DNA from: Eledone cirrhosa
Lineage: Eukaryota
Length of the DNA stretch: 64,000 nucleotides
Assembly (NCBI GenBank): GCA_964016885.1
Contig: OZ024742.1
Coordinates: 257,424,001 to 257,488,000, forward strand
Reading direction: 5' to 3'
Shown: positions 1-14,502 of the stretch, piece after piece
Layout: each line of letters starts with the position of its first letter
Position numbering within the stretch: the stretch's first letter is position 1
Notes under the pieces: model-generated
What the model was told of the DNA's origin: nothing
The model's database searches: none
What the model saw: the letters and a program-made list of their open reading frames with translations, nothing else
Program-made: the position numbers and the translations under genes

Positions 1-544
1 ATGGGAACTTCTTGTATTGTTGACTATGCTTAGTCTACACCGACGATATGAGATAACTAATACGAGATGAATTTTTCCCTATGTTATCGTGTAAGTAATG
101 ATTTATCAAATTTATATGAGCATTATTCATTTAAAATAAATTATTGTGTACATTTATGTAGAGTAAAATGAATTATCTCTGCAGGGTACAATTAATTGCT
201 TTCGCAATGATCATTTCATAGGTACTGAATATTTCATTGGATTTCAACAAGCGGCAGGAGGAGGATAAATAATATGTCCCCTCCAATACATATATCTGGG
301 CTTTCTCTCTCAAATAATATCCAATTAAAATATACAATGACAATAACAATACAATGTTTGTGGATTCTGAATAACCACACTTACATAGATACATACCATA
401 TATACATACATGCATATATAAATACATGAAAAATATGTATGTAATACATACATATGTATGTATTGCTGATGATTTCTAACAAATACAACCGACCTTGTCA
501 TTTCTACAACAACAACAACAACAACAGTAATCATAATAATAATA

Positions 545-750
545 AAAATGTCTACTATAGGAACAAGGTCAGCAATTTTAGGGAGGAGAAATTCGATTAA
601 ATCGACTCCAGTTCGTTATTGGTACATTATTTTATCGAACCCGTAAGGATAATAGGCAAGGCTACTCTCGGCGGGACTTGGACACAGACAGTAAAGGGAC
701 TTAACTCTGTGTCGCTAAGCATTGCCTCCGATTCTAAAGATACTGCCAAA
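545..750 (-). mobile_element. tRNA-derived SINE family A, decayed copy
   Basis: Reverse complement is similar to the copies at 7057-7649 and 53472-53657 (ccttacgggttcgataaaataatgtacca core; gaccttgttcctatagtagac tail). Confidence 0.7.
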
Positions 751-849
751 TAATATATATGGGTAAGACCTTACTACTCAGGAAACTATCAGTGCCATCA
801 TTCAATTGAATACTTGACACATTAATTGGGATATTATGTATGTACGTGT

Positions 850-946
850 GGTTGACTTTGCCTTTCATCCTTACGGGTCGATAAAATAAAGTACCAGTAA
901 TGCACTGGGTAGTTTGCTGGCCTTGTGCCTAAAGTAGAAACAATTA
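850..946 (+). mobile_element. SINE family A, 5'-truncated copy
   Basis: gttgactttgcctttcatccttacgggtcgataaaataaagtaccagtaatgcactggg...gccttgtgcctaaagtagaaacaatta matches the 3' half of 53472-53657. Confidence 0.8.
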
Positions 947-1689
947 TGTATGTACGTGTATGTCTCTGTTTATTGATATATCTATATGAATGTGTTATTC
1001 AACGTTAGCATATGTTACATACCCTTTATTACATGGAATGGTAGTTGCATTACGTAATGGTGTCCAACGTCTGATAAAAAGATACAATATTTGATTTCCT
1101 TATGTTGTTGTAGTGTATCATGATTCGGTTGTTTGGAGATGAATTAACCGTCCAGGATGGTGTTTTAAACTGTATGAGATTACGTTTTACTTCATTATTC
1201 ATCTTTTGTTACAATCTTCCACTGAATATAACTCTTAGTCATTGTCAATATTGTATCTTAAAGGAATCAATTAAGAACCGTTCGGCTCGCTTGTGTTTTC
1301 ATATTCTCTATTAGTATCTTCAGTTATAACGTATTTGTTAAACAGCAAATGAAGCCGATATATACCTTTCTGTCTATGACTGTCACATATTTAAAAATAT
1401 AATTTAAATGACAACAACTGTAGAATGGAACCACAGTAATGAAGGTTAAGTGTGTTGAAATCACCTTTAGAAACTAACACGATATCAAAAGAACAGGAAT
1501 TAAACCAACATCTGTATTGTGTCATTTATATACATATACGGATGAATCATAGTTAACCGATTTTGTTTTTATGTTACATTAAAACTGTCTCAGCAATATC
1601 ATTATACTAAAAGTGTAGAATTGTAGTTTCCTCGTGTGTCGAAGAATGTGTGTAGGGGATGAAGCTCTGGCGATTACAATGACAAGCGT

Positions 1690-2388
1690 TCCCGTTTATC
1701 TTGAAATGAAAGTATAACTTGCGGAGAATTTCACCTAAAAGTTTACTTTAATGCAATTCTCAGGGGCATTCAACGTGATACAGTGTGTAACAAGCCTGCC
1801 TTTTGAATTACAATACAGCATATTCGACGGTTTTCCAACTATTTATTACCCAATTTCACACACAAGGAAGAAGTAAATGGCAGTTGCTAAAAATGTTACC
1901 CAGTGAGATAGAACACAGAACATAATGTATGCGAATCGAACTACTTAACCAATTGACTACGCTGCATCAACCGTATTATAGTACTAGTTATAAATTTAAC
2001 AATAAATGGTGTCACATAGAAATACCATTTAAAATTATCTTCGTCATCTACCATTAAATAATATCATAACATCTAAGATATATTGATAGTAAATGAGTAT
2101 AACTTTAAATTGAGAATATGATAAATTGTTTGTGGAACTCCGTCGGCTCTGAAGACGAGGGTTCCACTTGTTTCATCAAACGTGCAAGTAACTGTGCATT
2201 CCATTGACACATGTATACTTAACCTAATGTTCAGGGAGATTCAATGTAACACCATATACAAAAGGCTAGAGTTTTGAGTTACATGTATAACATATTGCTT
2301 TAGCTGAGTGAACTAGAGAGAAGAGAAATAATGAGACACATCGGGAACCAAATTTACGATTGTGAGCCGAACCACTGTGCCACGTGCA
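1690..2388 (-). mobile_element. Two decayed copies of CORE-like SINE family B (about 1690-1970 and 2131-2388)
   Basis: The two segments resemble each other (ctcaggggcattcaacgtgatacag / ttcagggagattcaatgtaacacc) and end in a reverse-complemented tRNA-like head related to 45443. Confidence 0.5.
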
Positions 2389-2800
2389 AATACAGTTTGA
2401 TAGACTATATTTATTTAGATAGACGAAGGAGAAAAAGAAATATAATTAGAGTTAAAAGCAATGAAGCAATGCTAAACAAATACGCAACTTATGTAAGGTA
2501 ATTTTCTTCTAAAGTAGATATATTAATAGAAATTGTATTTAAAAATATATGATGAAAACATTATCAATTCAAAATGAAACAGAGTTCAGATTCTGAACAA
2601 ATACTTTTAAAAAAAACATTATTTTCTTGATAGGTGTTTGTTTGAGAACACATTTTTTTTTATATTCATTCAGCTCTTATTCCAAAATTTGCAGAGTAAT
2701 TTCATTGTTATTTTGCAACAAAAATCGGAAAATGAATAGAATTACATATACATGATGGATATATATATATATATTTATATATATATATATATATATATGT

Positions 2801-2868
<68 letters not shown>

Positions 2869-3299
2869 ACTGTATCCTACCTCAGGCATTTTAAAGAAAA
2901 TAGATTATTTCATGTTATGCTTCAACTCATCAGATTTGATGATGCAAACTGTGTACAATAATCCATATTTCACACTGATATATTCATAAACCTAATGCTG
3001 TCTACAAGATATCCAGGTATTTTAAAATTATGAAAAATTACACCACGTTTATAAATGATCATGACATCAGTACCAACAATAAAACTAATCAAGCTGGAGT
3101 TTTCAGTGCCAGGTTAAGAGCGAAGCTGCAGAGAGAGAGCCAGCAGATGGTTTTAGATAAAATAACTGATCAGTGACTAGTTGCTGCTCTTGAGACGCAC
3201 ATCAGGACCTGTTCAGCAACGTTTGGTTTAACTATGCAAGGCGGATTGAAATAAAAAGACATTAAACACACAATTGCAGGTTAAATCAATCTACGTGAA

Positions 3300-4050
3300 A
3301 TGATCTTGTACATATTAAAGATATATGCGTTACTACTAAATACTATATGATATACGCAAGATATATAATTTGAAATAACCGAAAATCAGTTAAATATAAT
3401 GGAACACACGTTACCGTATATATCGACAAAATCTGTGAAGGTTACATGCATAAGAGCGAAAGTGCGGGGTATAGGTGTTGTAGTGGTGTGTCCTTCAGCA
3501 TGTTATATCATTTCAGTTTGTTCCAGTCGACACAAATGAAGAAACATACCAGTAAAAAGGTCGGTTTATAGCTCCATGCACTCGCGTAGCTTCCAATGAA
3601 GAGCATTTTAATGTCAGTGACTTTAATGCCAGTGAATCTGATGAGCCTGCCAAATTCGCAGAAACTATAATTTACATTCAAACCTATAACAATGAACTAT
3701 ATCACAACCATAAAATGCCATTGCTTAATGGTTAAACTGAAGAACTCTGCTGATTTCCATTCTCGGTGGTGAGACAATGTATTGCCTATTAATGAAGTCA
3801 ACTCAATTGAGAAAAATGTGTACCTTTTTTCATTAAAAATATCAAGGTTTTCATACGCTACGGCACTCCGTATTGCCCGGTGAATAAGTTGAAGGGTGAG
3901 TGAGACTAGAATGCACACCAAATTACATGAACATTTTATGAGCTGGCTTCTACCTGTTACGAACAACTGGAATTTTCCTCTTGAGACGTAAATATAAGTA
4001 AAAAACATATGTTCGGAATTATTTCGTTCGACCACTTTTGATTAGGATAC
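3300..4050 (-). pseudogene. Highly decayed PLE RT C-terminal / GIY-YIG remnant
   Basis: Minus-strand fragments RKPAH, LVSLTLQLIHRA and SCVYHI...AYI fall in the order expected for a PLE RT thumb followed by GIY-YIG; many stops. Confidence 0.35.
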
Positions 4051-4479
4051 AACACGATGTCAATTTAAGCATTCGATATACAAAGCCACATATTGAAAAA
4101 CAAGCATGATGGGAAGATGGTACGAAAATATATGGTGGCATGGGAGACAGTCATTTAAGGGAAGAATAGGATAGTGAGCGTACGAGATTACACAATAAGT
4201 AAGGGACATGTAAGCTATCTCAAAGAATGGCAGAGAGTGATAGAGATGCGGAGATATAGAAGAAAATGAAAGATAGTTGTAATTATAGGAGAGAGAGAAT
4301 AATAAAATTAATAGTTTAGGTATCATATATTGTTAATTTTGGTTTATAAAGCAACATAACAAAGGAAAACAGAACATAAGTCCATTGGCATTCCAAAACG
4401 CATGAATCCATCATTTCTACGGCATTTACACAGAATTATTAAGGTTGTATTGTGATAAATTTATCGAAAATCTTAGTGT

Positions 4480-5075
<596 letters not shown>

Positions 5076-5356
5076 CATATATATTTTATTTAGAATTTGC
5101 TTAGAAAATAATTGGGAAGTAACAAATGAATAAATGAATACATATATAAGTAGATGTCGGTGGTTTCATTTCTTTTATACAGGCATTTCCTGCGGCTAAC
5201 TACATATCTCTATGTATATCAATGTCTGATATTGCATAAATAAATACATGTAAAACATGAAGATACTGAATTCATTGAATACGAAAATAATCAATCACAT
5301 TAATACAAGTAAAAATCTGATCCCACTAATCATTCCTTAGGGAATATCTCTGGAGA

Positions 5357-5394
<38 letters not shown>

Positions 5395-5451
5395 ACATAT
5401 GACTGTGTATGTATATATATATATATATATATATACATATGATTGTGTATG

Positions 5452-5515
<64 letters not shown>

Positions 5516-5583
5516 CATTTATGTATATAGAAATATATGTCTCTGTATCTGTTTGTGTGTGCATGTCTATCAATTTATCTACT

Positions 5584-5671
<88 letters not shown>

Positions 5672-6549
5672 CATGGGCACACTGACACACACACACATGC
5701 ACAGACACAAACATGCGCACCTATTTGCTGATTACAGAATGCCGATTGAATAATTGTATCGGTACCAATTTATCTACCGCTGATTATCTATGAAATAATT
5801 ATGTATTGTGAAATGAATAAGCATATTTTAATTAGTTTCAAGTGATATATTTAGCATTGCATTATTAATTTCAATTATCTTCCTGCTATCTATCAGAACA
5901 TGATGACAAAATTAGGCTGATTTTACCTTAGGATGTAACATATGCAATACTGTATTTATGATCTGAAAATGGAGTTCGTAAATTTTGTTCGTTAATTTTC
6001 ATCAATTCCTTATTTTTTTATTTTTAAGGGAGTTGGGCGAGAAAGCAAATAAAATGGGAATCATTAATACTAAAAATCTTTTGATAAGTTCATATGAAAT
6101 TATAATTTCTAAATATTCTAGAGTTAATAGTAAATTAAATACGCTTACTAGCAGCTAAATGGAAGAATTGTTTACCTTTTCTAAATTAAGATCGTTTCAG
6201 ATTAGCAGTTATGCCACCTGGGCAGGTTTGAATAATTTCCGGTCGTGCAAGTTATTGAGGTAGTGCATGAGGAACCGAGTTTTATTCAATTAGCGACATG
6301 GCATTGCATTTTCTAGGAAATGATATTTTGTATCTAATTCAATATGTTGATGCTACTGTTTGAAATGATGAAGCTACCATTGCTCAATGGAGTGTGGACC
6401 TTTCAATAAAAAAGAAATAGTTAATAAGGGTGATTATTTTCAGCGAATGCTCGAAAAAAAAGAAAAAGAAAACAGATACCGTTTAAATCTATAAAAGTCG
6501 CCGATGTTGCCGTTGCCTGTCTCAGTTATATGCAGATTAATCAATGCAA

Positions 6550-6611
<62 letters not shown>

Positions 6612-6937
6612 TAATAATATATATAATAATAATAATATATATATTAATAATAATATATATATTATTAATAATATATATATATATATATATATATTTATTT
6701 ATATATATATAGCTTCTGTTAGTCTTTCAATGAATCAATGTATAATGTCGTCAGATAATTTAAAATATATAATGCCATTTATCACAACAATGTCTACCTG
6801 GTTTTCATATATTTCTTTGTCTCTCTTATTCCAACAATCTTTCACCCCAGGAGGAGACATTCACGAACACAGCCACGCAGACCTGCATAAATAGTTACAA
6901 ATACACACACTGACACATACATATATAAAAAAAAAAA

Positions 6938-6997
<60 letters not shown>

Positions 6998-7056
6998 GCA
7001 TATATAAATAGATACATATATATACATTCATATGTATATGAATATATATATATATA

Positions 7057-7649
7057 TAATTGTTTCTACATTTGGCACAAGGCCAGTAATTACCCAGTGC
7101 ATTACTGGTACTTTATTTGATCGACCCCGTAAGGATGAAAGACAAAGTTAACCTCGACGGGATTTGAACTCAGAATGGCAAGGGCCGTAACTCTATAAGT
7201 CAAAGCATGGCGTCCGACCCTCTACCGATACTGCCAATTCACCGCCCTCGAATGAATATATAAATAATTGTTTCTACTTTAGGCACAAGGCCAGCAATTA
7301 CCCAGTGCATTACTGGTACTTTATTTTATCGACCCCGTAAGGATGAAAGGCAAAGTCAATCTCGGCGGGATTTGAACTCAGATCGTAAAGGGACGTAACT
7401 ATGCTGGAAAGCATGGCGTCCGACCCTCTACCGATACTGCCAATCCACCGAATATATAAATAATTGTTTCTACTTTAGGCACAAGGCCAGCAATTAACCA
7501 GTACATTACTGGTACTTTATTTTATCGACCCCGTAAGGATGAAAGGCAAAGTCAACCTCGGCGGGATTTGAACTCAGATCGTAAAGGGACGTAACTATGC
7601 TGGAAAGCATGGCGTCCGACCCCCTACCGATACTGCCAATCCACCGCCC
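7057..7649 (-). mobile_element. Three tandem copies of SINE family A (about 7057-7248, 7263-7450, 7458-7649)
   Basis: About 195-bp direct repeats; minus strand has an A-box-like TGGCAGTATCGG and B-box GAGTTCAAATCC; central cctttcatccttacggggtcgat domain resembles Deu/Nin-type SINE domains. Confidence 0.85.
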
Positions 7650-7876
7650 TATATAAATAATGAAACATAAATAGAAAAAAAGTGAGAGTGAGGAAAAGGG
7701 AGATGAAATACTTTTAGATATAAATAAAAGCTGATAACATATAATCAGTGAAGAGTACAGATTATTTATTTATACAAAACCGATGATTACCTCAGTCGCT
7801 TGTCTGATTACCAACCGTGGGAATCATAACGTTCAATTTGATATACATACACACATAATACACACACCTCAACGCA

Positions 7877-7940
<64 letters not shown>

Positions 7941-8075
7941 CGTGTGTGTATGTGTATGTGTGTGTGTGTGTGTGCGTGTGTGTGTGTGTATGTGTGTGTG
8001 TGTTGGATTGTTTCCGTGTGGGCGTAAATGTGTATATCCCCATAAACGCACACATAGCTATATATATATATAGAT

Positions 8076-8106
<31 letters not shown>

Positions 8107-8499
8107 CATAGGTAGATAGATAGATAGATAGATAATTCACGTTTTTTGACATATATTGGATAGATGTCTTCGTTCCACTTCTGTCGATCTGATTATGTAT
8201 ATTTTTTCATATTTTGTATCTCTTCCCTCCAGTATGCTTGGAACACTAAAGTTGATAACTTCGTCACTAATGTTTCAGAAACGTCGCACAATAGAACAGA
8301 AAATACATAATACCAAACCATAAATTAACAATAATTCTATACTAGATGAAATACTAAATTTATAAACCTTCGTGTCAACAAGAAACCAAAATCGTGTAAA
8401 ACAGCACTGGAGTTAATTATACCCCGTGTGATTTATACATTCAATTTCAAAACTTTATGATTCTAACTGTTATATTAGTCGTACAATTATGACACTCAC

Positions 8500-8688
8500 A
8501 TCGCTGGTCCAATGTGTTAATACAAAACTGCCATTGCAATCCATCACAACAGAAAAAGCATAGAAAATCAATATTGGATAAATACTTGTGCGCATCGCAA
8601 CATAACATTGCAGAGTTCACGACAAATATATACCAGTAATAAAGAAAGCAAAACTCATAACGCAACAGTAGTAAGACTAGATGTTGAT
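8500..8688 (-). other. Candidate host exon encoding a signal-peptide-like N-terminus (ATG 8595; MRTSIYPILIFYAFSVVMDCNGSFVLTHWTSD)
   Basis: Minus strand has tctttcag| acceptor at 8688 and GAT|GTGAGT donor at 8500, with 32 open codons including a hydrophobic core; no partner exon found. Confidence 0.25.
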
Positions 8689-9077
8689 CTGAAAGACGGA
8701 ATAAATCTTACGAATTCAAAACGAAGAGTGTCACTGACAAGGAGCAGAGGTCAGTGAGAAGATCACAGCATGTATCACGAAAGACGTATCACTCTAAAAT
8801 AATAATCATTGGAATATTTATCTAACTAATAATACAACCTAAAATAAATCAAATGGGCCCCGTAATTTTAATGGCATCATTATCCTCTTAATATAAACAA
8901 TATATATATATATGTACAGACATATATATATATATATTCGGTATACTGTGATGCAATTCATATTTAGTACTCAACATCATATTACTTCCTAAAAACAAGG
9001 ATGGTGGAGTATATTAATATACGAATAGGTAAAAAAAACTTGACTTGTCATTGTTCATTATTTTTATTGTTAGATTA

Positions 9078-9154
<77 letters not shown>

Positions 9155-9158
<4 letters not shown>

Positions 9159-11520
9159 TAAAATAAGAGATTAAAGTTTAAGCAAAGAATCGCTGCTTTC
9201 ACCCTTAACGGGATCTTCTGAAACTAACAAAGTCAATCTGTAAACGGAGAAGTGGATATTTCAAAAAACGTTGCAACCGGAGGAAGACAGGAAGACGGTA
9301 CTTTGGTTCGTGGAAACTTTCCCTGGCAAAGAACGGGAAAAAATGAATATAATATGTCATAAATAAGAGCAGTGAAAAACAATTACGCGCAAAGACCGAA
9401 CCACTTTTATGGTATGAAAGAAGTCGTAGGCTAATGTTCTCTTAGGTGGTTCATAGAGACGTTCTCTGGCATTGAACGAAAAAAACGAAGATAATACGTC
9501 ATATGTGGATCGTGGAGAACAATTGCACGCAAAGACAAAACCACGTAAATGGTATAGCTGAAGTCGTAGACTAAATTCTAACTAGGAAACCGAATGTATC
9601 TCCGCTTCAGAGTTAAGAAAAAAGAAAATAAATACAATACAGGGGTAATAAAAATTAAATAAATGCATACACACATTCAAATACGTACATACACAACCAT
9701 ACGTAAAAAACTTGCCATAGGTATACAAAACCACGCACATATAAATATGTGCGTGTGTGTGTGCGTGTATACAAATAAATAATTAAATAAACGTAAATAA
9801 ATAAATAAATACGTATATAACAAGCGCACCCACATACATATATGTAAATATACAAATGTTCGAAGACGTAAGTCAGCCAAAACATGAAGTACACATATAC
9901 GCACACCCTACATACGTACGAACCTGCATACACACGCAGACGCAAAACTCCCGTATACACATAAGCAAACCATATGTACCAGAAAATATGAGAAAATTAT
10001 ACGCCACAACATAATCTATCAAATATACGTATGAGGAAGTATACGTACATTCACAAAACATACAGGTAATATATAATTACCTATGCAAATAAGTAATGGT
10101 ATAAACGAAACATATACTTAGCTACCATATCAAGACGTAAAAAATCCACGTATAGATCGTACTATCCGTTAGGGTATAATGTGGGGCTGTAATACAGGAA
10201 AGTTTTGTGCAATTTATGTTTACAAGCCGAAATTGCCTCAGATTTTTTGTTTAAGATGTGGTCTGTGGCGTAGAGTATTTCCAGGGCCTCAACGGCGCAG
10301 AGGTCACATGTTCTTTTATTTCCGTTATACGATCTAGCCCTAGCTAGGATCTCCCAGTGTAACTTAAATTAGGTGTGGTTGTCTTTTAGACTCCAGATAT
10401 AAGCTGAAAGTGACGTCATATTCCTTCTAGGAGGGTAACGAAAATAATGGGTATGCATGTAAAGACGCTGCTTGAATCTATTGGCGGTTGACCTTATGTA
10501 GGCCCTACGGGACGTGGGTGTTTCAACCTTACATTTGTAGACAATGTTAATAGAGAGGCATTTCCCGGATAGGGGGCAATCAACCCGATTCCTACAATTA
10601 CAGTTAGTACTAACTACAGGGTTGCACGTGTTCCTACGGTTAGGTAGTTTAGCTAAATTTGAAGCTGTGATGTTATGTGCAAGGTTAGGAGTCGTAGAGT
10701 AAGAAATTCTAATAGTCTTTCTGTTAAAAATGTTACTATATTTATGTGTAGGGGGAAAATGCTTCGTAATAAGGGAAATAAAGATCTTAGCTAATGGTGT
10801 GGCCACTTCCATATTATATGGTGGGTTATACCAACAAATGCGACGGATCTATTACTTCTAGGTCTATTTTCGTACTCTGTATATGCTACCTTATCGACAA
10901 ATCCACTTTGAGCAAGAGCTTCATTGTAATAAGTGGAATGGTCGTTGAAAATATGCTCGTTAGTAGATAGACGTGAAAGCCTCAACGAAACTTTTCTTAC
11001 CAGGTTCTTGGTTATGCTGGCAGGATGGTTGGAATGCTTACTTATGTAATTAAGCGTATCATTCGGCTTTCTATACGGGTAATACAGCCCATTCGATAAA
11101 TTGAGGGTAACGTCGAGGTAATTAACGACCGAGAGATTGGAATCAACCTGAATAGAGAGGTTGAAGCCTTTATAGAAGGCTGTGAGTTCTTTTCTGAACA
11201 TGTCTCAAGAACGAGTTCCGCACTTAGTCATGTTCAAAAGACCATCATCACGGTACAAACCACCGCCAGAGTTGGGGAATTCGTCCTTGATAGAGAAAAA
11301 GAAGGAAAAGGCCGATAAGAAAAGTAACCTCCACAGAATCGCTAGCGCCCATACTCACGTCGAATGGGGTACTATTGGATTTTTTAATCCAAATAGAGTC
11401 GTCGAAATTAATCACCGACTTACGGGCATTGAGGATGACATCAACTTCGAAATCCTTAACCACTGTGAGTGTTTTAGCGAAATTGATAAGTCTAAGGAGA
11501 AGTGGTAAAGTGATGGAGGA
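9155..11520 (-). mobile_element. Penelope-like retroelement, 5'-truncated (left arm of inverted pair): RT C-terminus, GIY-YIG, 3' repeat
   Basis: GLYRDDGL RT motif near 11250; VNYLDVTL..YRKPND (ORF 10791-11201); CNCR..CPLSGKCL..IVYKC..AYI GIY-YIG (10369-10812); frameshifts and stops; ends at (AT)n. Confidence 0.9.
9175..9225 (-). ncRNA. Hammerhead-like motif with variant core CAGAAGA
   Basis: agttt-CAGAAGA-t ccc gttaa ggg t-GAAA-gca..tgc-TT-aaact; stems I-III pair. Confidence 0.55.
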
Positions 11521-12859
11521 GTAGTAATTAAGGATTTCGAAGTTGATGTCATCCTCAGAAAAGAACTCACAGCCTTCTTTAAAGGCTTCAACCTCTCTAT
11601 ACAGGTTGATGCCAGTCTCTCGGTCGTTAATTACCGCGACGTTACCCTCAATTTATCGAATGGGTTGTATTACCCGTATAGAAGCCGAATGATACGCTTA
11701 ATTACATAAGTAAGTATTCCAACCATCCTGCTAGCATAACCAAGATCCTGGTAAGAAACGTTTCGTTGAGGCTTTCCCGTCTATCTACTAACGAGCATAT
11801 TTTCAACGACCATTCCACTTATTACAATGAAGCCTTGCTCGGAGTGGATTTGTCGATAAGGTAGCATATACAGAGAACGAAAATAGACCTAGAAGTAATA
11901 GATCCGTCGCATTTGTTGGTATAACCCACCATATAATATGGAGGTGGCCACACCATTAGCTAAGATCTTTCTTTCCCTTATTACGAAGCATTTTCCCCCT
12001 ACACATAAATATAGTAACATTTTTAACAGAAAGACTATTAAAATGTCTTACTCTACGGCTCCTAACCTTGCACATAACATCACAGCTTCAAATTTAGCTA
12101 AACTAACTAACCGTAGGAACACGTGCAACCCTCTAGTTAGTACTAACTGTAATTGTAGGAATCGGGTTGATTGCCCCTATCCGGGAAATCCCTTTCTAGT
12201 AACATTGTCTACAAATGTAAGGTTGAAACACCCACGTCCCGTAGGGCCTACATAGGGTTACACCGGCAATAGATTCAAGCAGCGTCTTTACATGCATACC
12301 CATTCTTTTCGTTACCCCCATAGAAGGAATATGACGTCACTTTCAGCTTATATCTGGAGTCTAAAAGACAACCACACCCAATTTAAATTACAATGGGAGA
12401 TCCTAGCTAGGGCTAGTTCGTATAACGGAAATAAAAGACCATGTGACCTCTGCGCCGCTGGAGCCCTGGAAATACTCTACGCCACATACCACATCTTAAA
12501 CAAAAAATCTGAGTCAATTTCGGCTTGTAAACATAAATTGCACAAAACTTTCCTGTATTACAGCCCCACATTATACCATAACGGATAGTACGATCTATAC
12601 GTGGATGCTTTACGTCTTGATGTGGTAGGTAAGTATATGTTTTGTTTATACCATTACTTATTTGCATAGGTAAGTGTAGATTACCTGTATGTTTTGTGAA
12701 TGTACGTATACTTCCTAATACGTATATTTGAATGATTATGTTGTGGCGTATACATTTTTTATATTTTCTGGTACATATGGTTTGGTTATGTGTATACGGG
12801 AGTTTTGCGTCTGCGTGTGTATGCAGGTTCGTTCGTATGTAAGGTGTGTGTATATGTGT

Positions 12860-13229
12860 CATGCTGGAGTCAGGGTTCCAGAGCAAGAGAGCGGAAATGA
12901 TTTCATTGCTGGCACGGTGACAATGGCCAGCAAATGACTCCAGCCTGACTAGGAGTAGGAAGATGTCATTCCCTGACGTTATCTCTAGAGCTGAGTTCAA
13001 ATCACGCCGAGGTTGATTTTGCCTTTCATCCTTACGGGGTCGATAAAATAAAGTACGAGTAATACACTGGGTAATTGCTGGCCTTGTGCCAACAGTAGAA
13101 ACAGTTATCTCTAGAGATACGAGAATCAGTAGACGGGACCTGGGGGCAGCGATGGGGGAGAGGGAATTCTGGGGCACGAGAGTGAGATCCATCATCTCGA
13201 CAGTAGTCGACGAATGATGATGATGATGA
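12860..13229 (+). mobile_element. 3' fragment of RTE-like LINE with 5' inversion and (GAT)n tail, inserted in the PLE arm
   Basis: TSD tgtatatgtgt (12849-12859 / 13230-13240); FAGHCHRASNEIISALLLWNP on minus strand, then RSRKMSFPDVISRDT..AAMGEREFW on plus strand; absent from the left arm. Confidence 0.75.
12991..13103 (+). mobile_element. SINE family A, truncated, nested in the RTE fragment
   Basis: 13-bp TSD gttatctctagag at 12978-12990 and 13104-13116. Confidence 0.85.
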
Positions 13230-13904
13230 TGTATATGTGTACTTCATGCTTGGCTGACATACGTCTTCGAACATTTGTGTATTTACATATATGTATGTGG
13301 GTGCGCTTGTTATATACGTATTTATTTATTCATATACGTTTATATAATTATGTATTTGTATACACGCACACACACACACACATATTTATATGTGCGTGGT
13401 TTCGTATACCTATGTCAAGTGTTTTGCGTATGCTTGTGTATGTACGTATTTGAATGTGTGTATGCATTTATTTAATTTCTATTACCCCTGTATTGTATTT
13501 ATTTACTTTTTTCTTAACTCTGAAGCGGAGATTCATTCGGTTTCCTAGTTAGAATTTAGTCTACGAATTCAGCTATACCATTTACGTGTTTTTGACTTTG
13601 CATGCAATTGTTCTCAACGCTCCACATATGACGTATTATCTTCGTTTTGTCCATTCATTGCCAGAGAACACTCTATAAACCACCTAAGAGAACATTAGTG
13701 TACGACTTCTTATATACCATAAACGTGGTTCGGTCTTTGCGCGTAATTGTTTTTCACCGCTCCTATTAATGACGTATTATATTCGTTTTTTTCCCGTTCT
13801 TTGCCAGGGAACGTTTCCACGAACCAAAGTATCGTCTCCCTGTCTTCCTCCGGTTGCAACGTTTTATTAAATATCCACTTCTGCGTTTACAGATTGACTT
13901 AGTT

Positions 13905-13954
13905 AGTTTCAGAAGATCCCGTTAAGGGTGAAATCAGCGATCTTTGCTTAAACT
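13905..13954 (+). ncRNA. Hammerhead-like motif with variant core CAGAAGA (mirror of 9175-9225)
   Basis: agttt CAGAAGA tcccgttaagggt GAAA tcagcgatctttgc tt aaact; stem III has one mismatch. Confidence 0.45.
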
Positions 13955-14059
13955 TCAATCTGTTATTTTAATAAATATTTGCTCTACGGTTCTTATATAT
14001 TTGATATATTTAACCTTATCGAGCCCTCTTTGGATTTTAGTCTTTAAATTTATTATTAT

Positions 14060-14169
<110 letters not shown>

Positions 14170-14502
14170 TAATGTAACAAAGAATATAATAACAACGTCA
14201 CTTCATATCATTGTTTTACGATAATCTCTGAGGGTTGACCTTATTGAAATATCGACTGATATATAGCAGTTATATAACTGTATATAATCATACATTATAT
14301 ATACATTCGATCAGATGGTCCTCTTCGGAAATAAACTATGGATTTAACTGGATTATTCGCTTTCAGATTACATTGTGTCCTATATACCGTACGGACCCTA
14401 CCACGATGGATAGACCCCATTGAATATATATATATATATATATATAAAATAAAATAAACTAAAATAAATAAGTCAAATATTTAAAATTAAGCTTCTTTTA
14501 TT

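Larger units (their letters stand above)
11527..13980 (+). mobile_element. Penelope-like retroelement, right arm (inverted copy of 9155-11200)
   Basis: ORFs 11938-12255 and 12292-12588 mirror the left-arm GIY-YIG; similarity continues to the same 3' end. Confidence 0.9.

Noticed and set aside
6175-6400. Possible second exon on the minus strand
   Set aside because: Weak acceptor and stops in all three frames.
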